The notes under the pieces are model-generated. The model searched no databases. It worked only from the letters and a program-made list of their open reading frames with translations, and was not told where the DNA came from. A stretch of 58,681 nt of DNA, filler included, from Vermamoeba vermiformis (lineage: Eukaryota), in the NCBI GenBank assembly GCA_045837725.1. It is 6 parts of 6 records of this genome, joined end to end, with 100 filler letters (N's around TTAATTAATTAA, not from the genome) between each part and the next. Parts side by side here need not be neighbours in the genome. Positions count along the whole stretch, not along the records: positions 26,254 to 52,203 come from JBEWZL010000297.1; positions 52,304 to 58,681 come from JBEWZL010000307.1; 4 more parts are not named here. One strand, written 5' to 3'. A program made the position numbers and the translations under genes. Position 1 is the first letter of the stretch; every line of letters starts with the position of its first letter. This document shows positions 48,965 to 58,681 of the stretch, one piece after another.

Positions 48965-51194
48965 ATGTTTTCGTTCGGAAAAAGTACCGGCAAAGATAAA
49001 ATAGGCTTCAAAAAGCCGATGAAGAACACCATCCAATTCGAAGATCTTCCCAACAAACTCTGTGAAATTCTGTATTTGTCGAATGAAAATGTGGTAAATT
49101 TAAAATCAACAGGTGCTTGGGAACCCACGAACGGCAAACGATTTTATTTCGGTAAGCAAATCCAAACAAAAAAAGAGTAAATTTAAATTAATCTTTACTA
49201 TCCTTCTAATACTGTTATCACAAACGCCCATATATTAATTATATTTTGGCAATTTTTTAGAGGTCACAGTTATCTCAAAAGGCACCAAAGGCACGATCGC
49301 AATTGGTTTATCAAAGAACGAAAAAGATGCAGCCGACAAGCAACCTGGCTGGACTCACGGTACTTACTTAAGGTCTATATATAACTTATTGTTAAATTTT
49401 TCATTACAGGAACGTTTGGTTATCATGCTGATGACGGCATTGCTTTCTGCGATGATACTGAGGTGATCCGAAACTTTGGTCCCATATGGGCAGTTCGAAA
49501 TGTTACAGTAGGATGTGGTGTTGACTTTGAAGCACGTAAGTACCTCCATGCTGTTTAAAAAAAGTTGAGTGCATCCGTTCGAATTTAAATTGGCGAGATT
49601 GATTGGAGGTATTGGTTCAATTACGCACTAAATATTAGTATACGAGCTAATGTATATTTAGAATCAGTGTTCTTCGTATTTCCCGATGGTACGAAGAAAA
49701 CATTGCCGACGTACAAGATGCAAGCTTTTCCCGACAAGTTGTATCCAATGGTTGGCTTGCACAGCCTGCAAGAACAGATTAAAGTGAATTTTGGCACCAA
49801 AGGAATTCCTTTCGTGCATAATCCATTCGTAAGTAACGCAAAGAAATTTCTGGTACGCGCCATACACATCCGGTTTTTAACTGCTGATAATTTTTAGGCC
49901 GAGAATAAAATACCAACGTTCTTCAAATTCAACAAAACAACAAAAGCAATTCTTGAAGGCAACATACTCACCGTCACAGCGCCAAAGGCCGAGTCACTTC
50001 AAGCTGACTCTTTCTTCCCCCGTCTCACAACATCACTGCCTTATTATGAAGTCACCATACTATCACTAAAACGTAGGTGCCACCTACAATATACCATCCA
50101 ATTATTACCCTATTTGGCGTATTATGAACCTATACTCATACGCGTTTTTCATAGCGGACGAAACGCTTTCGATTGGTTTCAGCGACCAAAGATTTGAGTC
50201 CAGTCAACTCGTGGGCTCCATGCAGAACTCGTTCGGCTACTTCAACAACGGCACTGTTGGCTTCAACTTCACGAGCGACGGGGAGCGAGGTGCGTTCAAA
50301 GTGAACGACGTGGTTGGATGTGGTCTTGCCATGGACTCGTTCAACCAACGCAAGGTGTTCTATACTGTAAATGGCAAGTTCGTCGGGTACATAACGAAGA
50401 GGGTTGCAGGTGGAATGGATTGCTTCCCAACGCTTGGATTCGTTGGAAGCGACATCCGCGTTCGATACAACTTCGGCCGTTCGGAATTTGTTTGGGATAT
50501 TAACGAATGGCCTAAATCTGACAAGAACTGCTATATTAGCAACTTGCCTACTGAAACTCTGCGAATTATTCTTGAGGTAAGATTCAGGATCGAGCCACAT
50601 CCAGCATTTGTACTGACTTATTTTTTTCTTAGCATGCTTCACATACCGCTGCCTTTACCTTACTTAGCGTATCGTTGGTCAACAAGAAGTTCCATCAGCT
50701 CGTGACCGATAACAACGCTATTTGGCACAAACTTTATATGCAACAGTACCCGGATCAGAATCCAAACTTGAAGATGCAAAGTTGGGCTAAATTCTTCAAA
50801 GTACGATATGAAAGGTTTAAAGAGCGACCTGCCGAGCCTGCTATTGGTGCGTAATATTCAGATCCGCTATGTTAATTTTATTGTACTGACGTTGGATTTG
50901 TTTTCAGAGAATTGCGAATTTGGCTTCAAATGCCCACTATCGTATTATCAATTAGATACAACTGAAGGCGATAGACGACATTGCAACAAGTGCGATAAAG
51001 ACGTCTACGCTGTCACATCCGTTGAACAATTAAAGCAATACGTGCAATTAGGACGATGTGTGGCCCTCGTGCAAGACGATGGCGTAAGTTTTTTTTTTGC
51101 TTTTTAATTTGTATGGTGGTGTTAACTAATAGCCTTGATGCAGTTTGATAGTGAGATGGGTGACATCGACCCTGACTATGGTGATGAAGAGTGA
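48965..51194 (+). CDS. SPRY-SPRY-F-box protein with C-terminal Cys motif
   Basis: SPRY motifs (FYFEVTV, QPGW...FGYHADDG, LYPMVGL...VNFG; YYEVTI, SFGYFNNG, DVVGCGL, FPTLG...YNFG), F-box NLPTETLRIILE...LVNKKF, then KCPLSY...RRHCNKCDKDVY...GRCVA. Confidence 0.85.
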
Positions 51195-51563
51195 AAAAAA
51201 AAGACGAGTCTAATATTGTATTGAGTGCCAAAATCTAGCTTTGGAGGCTAAAAATATTGCGTGAACGGGAACAAATTTGCCTCCCGTCAAAAACTCAATC
51301 CTGGCACCATTTTATTTTGCTTTGGAAGATCTTTCTATTTATTCGTACACGGCTCAAATATAAATTCAATATACGACTAGTTCTGGCCTTTGTTTTTTCT
51401 GAGCGCTCAGATGTGAACTGAAACTTCTGACGCCTTTTTCTCTACCTGCGATTCACTGGCGTTTTTATTTGTTTCGGAAGATCTTTCGGTTTATACACAC
51501 GATCTTGTTTGTAACAAGATCTCCGAAGACAACCAGGAACGAATAATTAATAATTATTATTTA

Positions 51564-52203
51564 ATGATGAACGAATTGCAATTGTTAATAGCGTTTCTTG
51601 TTCTTGCGGTTGGTAAGGCATCATTTCTTTATTTTATTATTATCGGACCTCAAAATAATTATTTTAAACAGCAAGTTGTTCGTTGATCGAGCAAGATCCA
51701 AATTTTGCGAATTTATTCGACACGGATTTTGTCAATTTTGGGACAATATATTCAACTGATTTTATTCGGAAAATTGCCAGCGAAAGAGGAGCCTCAAGAC
51801 CTCCAATATTCGACAGTTTCAATGAGCCGAAGATCAGACAACAACTTCGCAACAACGTTCTTCTTCTCATTGATAAAATGCTCTCGATGCAACAAAACAA
51901 CATGTCGTAAGTAATTTACTGCATAATTTAGCCACAAACGGCTTGCAATTTTTATTGACACGTGTCACTTGTTTTTTCAGATCCTGTGCAATTCAACGGC
52001 TCAGTGAAGCAAAAGCAATCAGAGATATCTATACAGATGATACGAAATTCAACAACCGGCCTCTGCCGCGATATTATCACGTGACACAACAGAAATGGGT
52101 TCCAGCAATCTTGGACTCGATGCTCATAAAGTGGGCCGACGCATTGTTTCCAGGAACATGGTTTGCAACAGGTAAAGCTCAACAACAACAAGTGCCTAAC
52201 GCA
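51564..52203 (+). CDS. Secreted protein of unknown function, truncated by the gap
   Basis: Signal-peptide-like first exon (MMNELQLLIAFLVLAV); GT-AG introns join ORFs 51683-51910 and 51943 onward. Confidence 0.6.
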
Positions 52204-52648
52204 NNNNNNNNNNNNNNNNNNNNNNNNNNNNNNNNNNNNNNNNNNNNTTAATTAATTAANNNNNNNNNNNNNNNNNNNNNNNNNNNNNNNNNNNNNNNNN
52301 NNNCTCAGACCATTAACACAAAGAGTAACGATTGGCAACTGTTACCACCTTAAGTCATCGATGTCAGCCGAGGCTATGCGCTGTTGTGTATCAACGTACG
52401 TAGATGACGCAAAGCATCCACTGGTTGATTTAATCACTGCCGTAATTAGCGGGACTGTACCAAGATTAATCGGTCCTTGCTTGGAGTTCTTGCAGCAACA
52501 ACGCCCGAATTGGATAAAGCTTTATCTTATTTATTAAAATGAATTCGTTTGATTTAATATGCATAGAAAATTGTTATTATAAAAATATGGGTCATGAGGT
52601 CACTCTTGTCGTGAGTCAGGGTCATTAGGTTACGGAGTTAAAAGTGGT

Positions 52649-55600
52649 TCACTTGATTGATACTTTGCCCATCATGTCAGCAAGCTCTGCTTCCTCTTTC
52701 ATTAAGACATTAGAGGCACCAAAGTCTCCACCAAGCATTGTATTTAAGCCTCTTTCATCATGAACTCTTGCTGTGTTGAAGACCAGCACATGAAGCACTT
52801 CATATCGAGTCATTTGAGAGTAATCTTCATATGTGCATATAGGAATAGGCTGAATATTGTGCCAATCTTCTGTTTTCATTCTTCTATCAAAATTACTGTG
52901 TGCTTTTTTAACATGCTCTGAGTGTCTAGTTCGTAAGCTTCTATCAGTTTTGCCAACGTAGCAGTCCCCTAATTCGTTGCAATAAAAATAGATACAGTGG
53001 GTTGCATCCAGTGTAAGATCCTTTTGAAGTTCTGATTTCTGTTTTGCATTAAGGTCACGACAGTATGTCTGATTTCGCAAACCATGTGCAATGAGTCTTC
53101 TCTGATCTTCATTCCAAATTCTTTCAACATCACTTTCCAAATATTGTAGCATTACAGCAACACGAAAACTATTAAGGAGTTGAGTTCCACTATTTGGTGA
53201 GCGAATTGGGTACTGAGTTTTGCTATGTAATACTCGATGGCGAACCCATGTACAAATGTAGGTGAAATCGTTATTGCCAGCAAAACCTGGTATTGATCGG
53301 ATAGCAAAACCTGATATCATATCAAATACCTTTCACCAAAGTCAATACTATATGTGCTGCAAGTATAATAAACTTACTTCTTTTGCCGTTGGCCTGGCAC
53401 TTGCATCTCTTTCACAGCATTGTTTAGCCAGAAAGTAAATTGGATGGGCTTGCACTATTGGATCAGAGAGAAATTCAGAAATGCTGTGCTCACTAACAAG
53501 AACTTTGCAGGCAATTAGCTCTACAAGAACTGCTCCAAAGGAATAGATATCTGCAGGCAGTGCATATTCTTCGTTTGCAACTTCAGGTGCCATGTATGGA
53601 TTGGTACCAACTTTCAAAGTGTTTTTTGTTCCTTCTTCATATAATTTTGCTGAACCAAAATCTACAAAGAAATATATCAAAAAAACAATTCAATGAACAT
53701 TCAAAACAGTACTCACCAGAAATTACACAGTTTGCAGAGTCATCATCAGTGGTTAGAAGGATGTTGCTTGACTTGAGATCTCGATGCATCCATCTTTGTG
53801 AGTGCAAATAAAGTAAGCCATCTGCAATTTGGTAAGCAAGCTTCATTACAAAGTTGGTAGGCAGAGTTTGCTTTCTCATAATCAGTTTGTGAAGGTCACC
53901 ACCAGCCATCCATGGCATTACCAAGCAATGATCATCTGCATTATATGCCAACAAAGGAATAATTCTTGGGTGTGTCAACTTGATGAGAGCCACTTTTTCT
54001 TGCTCAAATTGTTGTTCAGGCTTTGATGACTGAATCTTCTTGATTGCAAAGAGCTGGTTGCCGTATGCCACTTTAAAGACTTGGCCATAAGAACCTTCAC
54101 CCAGTGGATCACCCTGTGGTCGAAGGGTAGGCAGATTTTGGATGTGGTCTCTTTGTTGATATGAAAAAAATGCCTGCAGCGCCTCTTCAAGAGCAATGGG
54201 GATGAAGCTATTGTAGCACTCACCATTGATGTAGAGATCAAAATAAGATGCAGACTCTGGATTCTCCAAGTGTAAGAACTTAGTCTTTGCGAGAAGATGT
54301 CCAACTCGAGTGAGATTTAACTCCAACTTATTGAAGGCACCAACATGAAGCAAAACTGGCTTGTCTTTGATGGTAGCAACCATATTTGATACTTCACTTG
54401 CTGTGACAATCTGAGGTATTCTCAATGTTGAAGTGAGGTGTAGGCTATTTCTTATGCGCTCCAGTTGCTGATGCTCCATCTCTTTGGCCTTTGAACTGAT
54501 AAATGCCAATCTTACTTCTTGCTCCAGCATTGCACTAAATAAAAAATTAGACTCTCAAGAAAACCAAAGGTAAACATACATTTCTGACTTGAGTGATCCT
54601 ACACATTCATCAATGTTAGTCTTCCAAGCATTCTCTGCAACTGAAGTCACTCCTGCCAACGAAGGAAACTCTGCATATAAAATTGCATTTGCTGCTTCAC
54701 CAACTTTCTTTGAACCTTGGTAAACTTGTGCCATGTGCAACAAAAGATTTTGCAAAGTGGCAATCAGACTGTCTCTCACTAAGCCCAAGTTAACACGGAA
54801 GTGGAAGAACTTGGCTACTGTTCTAAGATGGCGGGCAGTAAATGATGTTATCTCTCTATGTGGCATGGAAACTTTGCTACAAAGCTGTTTCAGCTGATCT
54901 TGTACCAGCTGTTCATAATTTTGATTGTCGTTTTGTAATTGATTTGAAGCCTTCTCCAGAGCAGAAGTAAATGGTTTCATCAATTCATCAATTGTGTAGA
55001 AGTATTCTTTTGAAAATCCAGACCTTGATATGTGTACTCCATCATATGAAGCCTTTGCAAGCACAGCACGAAGAGTACTTCCATGGAGAGTAGCACACAA
55101 TTTAGCTAGGTGCTGCTTAATGTGCTTTTCGAGCTCCTAAGCAGATTATTTTAAATCACTATTATGTTAATATCATTGAACATACCTGAGTAAGGTGCTG
55201 ACTTAATTGTAGATTGACTGGAATTAAGTTTAATTGATGTTGAATTTGAGTGTTGCATTCACCCATGAGCTTATCAAATATTGTTGTGTCGACTTGACTA
55301 TCACCTGCTTGTAAGAATAGCTCTGTTGCTCTATCAACTAAGTGTGAAAAACGACTGGCCAATTCTAGCAAGGCACTGTGAGAGATCATCTTCAAGACTC
55401 TTCTAATTTGATTAATGCCAAGTTTTTCATAGTCAGAATCATGAAGGCTGGCATTTGCTAACTTAGCATCTACTGAGCCATAGTTCATATTGATTTTAAC
55501 TTCTTTACGCATCACTGCTTTCCAAGGCTCAATGAATTGAAAAGTCAATTTTGGGTACTCAGACACCTACCCAACAATTAGAACAAGAAATTGAAATAGC

Positions 55601-57391
55601 TAAGAACTTACTTGGGCCCCAGATGTTGGTCGAAGTAAAATTGTAGTATCAATGTCCTTTTGTCCACGATAAGATTTTATTCTCTCTGTTGCCTGGTTGT
55701 CTTTCTGAATGTCACTTGGAAAGAGATAGAATATGTGCTCTAAATTTGCTTGCTCCAATACTGTAGAAGTCTGAATGTTGATATTTTCACTTGTATCTTC
55801 AAATCCAGGCATATCAACAATTTCAATGCCTTGGATGTGTGGAAATCGACCATGCACATGTATTGCTTTCACAACAAATGAAAGATCTGTGTTTGTACAG
55901 AACTCTTGCAACTTGCTTGCCAGAATTGCCTCTGTTTCAGCTGGATGATCTTGCTTAAGCTCTGCTGCTTTTGATTTAAGTTCGTTCCACCTATCAACAG
56001 CACATTTGATAGTGTAATCATCAGTCTCTTCACTATTACCAATCACTCTAAGGGCTTCATGAAGCTGCTCTTCTTCTAACGGTTCATCTGCTTGTAATAG
56101 ATCTGTAAAATAGACTTTGTCTGCCTTTTCAAGCTCTTCTTCCATACTGAGCGACTTCATTTTGGCTACAGTTGCATCAATATCAAAAGTGTCAAAGGTG
56201 ATTACATAGTCTGCTCTATCAGCATAATGAATGAATGTTGGCACTTTTGTAGTAGTTTGTGTTTGGTGCTTGTTTGCCTCAGGAAGGATTTGGCAACCAA
56301 GTATTGAATTGATAAGAGTACTCTTGCCAGATTTTGTCTTTCCAATAATTGCCACTCTCTTTAGTGGAAGCCTTTTGGTTTTCTCAAGCTCATCAGCAAA
56401 CTTCTTGACACTGTTTTCTAAGGTTGATTTGTAAAGCTGATGCTTGGATAACTGTTCTAAAGTCGTTTGGAACTCCTTCCATGTGTTTTCAATGTCCAGG
56501 ATAGAAGGAAACTGGATAAAACCTTCAGTGTATGAAGCAAACAAATCATTGGAGAAGCGTAGCAATCTAATGATGTACTCGCCAGTACCAATGGAATCTT
56601 CATAGAGTATTGCATGGGCCAATGGTGTTTTACAAACTCGGCTGACTTTGAAAGTAAGACCATATGTTGATGCTAGTCCTTCCAGGTTTGTGATGTCTTC
56701 TACCTTTGCACTTAGGTTGCCAATGCTTAATGAATTCCAAACTGAACGAATTGCTAGTGGGAGAGCACATGGTAAGCTGATGTGTTTGCAATTCTGGTCC
56801 TCCAACCAGGCAAGAGACCAGGCCCACTCTGAACTAATGCATTCAATCCAAGGAACATACAGCCCCTCAGCTGCATTTGGTTGTGCGTAGATTGATGCCA
56901 GATTTGGTAGCTTACAAGTCTTTTCATAAAAGCGACCATTGGAAAAAACAAACTACATATGAGTTAGAAAGAATTAATATTAGGACACAGGACATACGTG
57001 AATGGAGGGTAGATAAGAGTCAACTTTTTTAAAAGCCCCTTCAACTTTCTTAATGAAAGCAGACAAATCTGAGTATTGAATTAGAAAGGGCCCTAACTCA
57101 ATAAATATCACACGTACCTTTGACTTTGTATTCAGCGAGTAGAAATGAAACGTCCTCGTTTGACAAGTATTGAAGCAATGATTTAAAGTCCGGCTCCTCT
57201 CGCACGTCCTTCAAAACTTCACCAACAGCCCCTGAAGCATGTATCTCGAGGATAAATGAACTTTTAAGTGGTATTACACGCACAGAAGTTGCACCACACG
57301 CGTGCAGAAAGTTCCAATAGCTCGGAATGAATTGGCTCGACGTTGGGGTTGAATTAACCACAAACCAATGAGCGGTACTTGTGGTCTCCAT
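52649..57391 (-). CDS. 1468-aa fusion: unknown N-terminal region, dynamin-like GTPase, helical region, TKL-type protein kinase, GIY-YIG endonuclease; 8 exons
   Basis: Exons 57391-57118, 57068-56998, 56952-55612, 55566-55186, 55136-54580, 54534-53717, 53661-53378 and 53329-52649 all splice in frame through GT-AG introns. Motifs: GKTKSGKSTLINSILG, TTKVPT, DMPG; GEGSYG, AIK, HRDLKSSN, DFG, APE; CIYFYC...YVGKTDRSLRTRHSEH. Confidence 0.88.
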
Positions 57392-58681
57392 GCTGACTAA
57401 AAAAAACAAAGTGATTAAATTCGTTGACACGCTGAAGAGATACGTTGCGCCCGAAAGGTTACGTGATGTCTTGTGGTGAAATAACCATGACCTCACGCGG
57501 TGGTGTGAGGACGACTCACCACTTCAATAATCAAGTTACTAGGGATGAGTTCCATAAGGAATTTAAAATTAATTAATTAAGGCGGAATTACCCTAAGTGC
57601 GTAATTTAACTGTAGAAAAAATTAACGAGCGCTACTTACCTGGTTTTTTACGGCAAGCTTTAAATTGCACGACGCTTTAATAGTTGCCATTGTTCCAAGC
57701 GCAGGTACGTTAAGATAAATATCGTGAACAACATTGATAGAGTTTTTCCGCCTTCTAGAAGCTTTCGCGTTTCTGCGTGTCGAAAGAACTTTTGCATTGC
57801 ATCACCAACTTCGGTTGAGGTGCTTGTCTTTACTGCAGCGAAGTCAGGGTGCGCCGCCAAGGAGCTTGAATTTGAAGAACGAATCTGGCGCGTAACCTCG
57901 TAAATGAATAGTCTGAAACTTATCTCTTCAATTAACTGATTAGCTAAGTTTAAATTACAATGTTGGATTATACTTCCTTACTTTGCACGAGATGCGCCCG
58001 TCAATCCTTTTGAACACATTTAAATTTTAATTTAACACGTGGTTGCTTTTTCTAATCTCTCTTCTATATCTATCGCAGTAATAGTAAATTATTAATTGAT
58101 AATAATTATTAATTAATAAATCAAAATTTGTTAAATAGCTTACATTTTAATAATTTTGAGTACCGAACAACTATATAATAAATTTATCACGAATAGATCA
58201 TTAATTAATGGTACCAACCATAAAAGACCAACCAAATAAGCCAAGTGGTCTCCAGGGATTCGTAATAGTAAGGGTACGTATAGTAGTTTACTATAAGCAG
58301 CTATGAACAACGCGTTGTTTGTTCTCGCGGCAATTATTTATATAAATATAATAAGTTCAAGGAATTGTGTTGACGGATTCGAGTTTAAGTGAACTTTACA
58401 TCATTTAATCGTTCATCGAACATACTGTATCGCCTATTATTAAGATTTCTGTAGTTCTTGTTTGTCAAAGACTGCGAATGCTTGCCTCTCATGTTCGTGC
58501 AACTGGCCGTACTTCTTGCGTTCATGCTTTGATCTAACATTGTATTGGTCACTTCATTGCTCATGAACCGTTCAGTGGCGAATGCGAGACAAAGATTGGG
58601 TTAGCAAGGCTTCTCAATGACGTTCGAGGTTCTCGTCGACTGTTCTTCGTTGAGAAATTGGTTTCACACCGTTTAATTTAT

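Noticed and set aside
52649-53320. Stand-alone Penelope-like retroelement
   Set aside because: No reverse transcriptase nearby, and the GIY-YIG exon is spliced in frame to the kinase.
52589-57495. Terminal inverted repeats around the GTPase-kinase-nuclease gene (TGAGGTCA at ~52596 versus TGACCTCA at ~57488)
   Set aside because: Only about 8 bp match and no target-site duplication is evident.
57660-58681. Short minus-strand ORFs as extra upstream exons or a separate gene
   Set aside because: No in-frame splice path or recognisable product could be established.

Overview
Intron-rich eukaryotic genomic DNA read with the standard code. Introns are short (about 45-70 nt), GT(AAG/ACG/ATG)...CTAAY...YAG type. 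Gene content (CBM8-type cellulase, MLO) suggests an amoebozoan-type protist, which is an inference. The window is six contigs joined by 100-nt N spacers containing an artificial TTAATTAATTAA linker. About 18 multi-exon genes are recognisable: three F-box proteins, three paralogs with bacterial-like NEIQ repeats (one a pseudogene), an EGF-MLO fusion, a mitochondrial TPR protein, two tandem transcription-factor-like paralogs, a tandem GH5-CBM8 cellulase, AspRS, a divergent EF-1alpha-family GTPase, RAD51AP1-like, TOPBP1-like BRCT, Munc13-like, and a 1468-aa dynamin-like GTPase-kinase-GIY-YIG nuclease fusion in CpG-depleted DNA. The most striking feature is a ~6.4-kb CpG-rich, apparently non-coding locus (6761-13152). 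It starts at (TTAGGG)3 and carries five tandem double-hairpin units with compensatory changes. These are followed by about 30 canonical intron/exon units spaced ~143 nt apart, with hairpin-containing exons arranged in higher-order repeats. It is flanked by a decayed gypsy integrase and a hairpin minisatellite. It looks like an undescribed, heavily spliced structured lncRNA or chromatin/centromere-like locus. All protein family calls are by motif recognition, not database searches.
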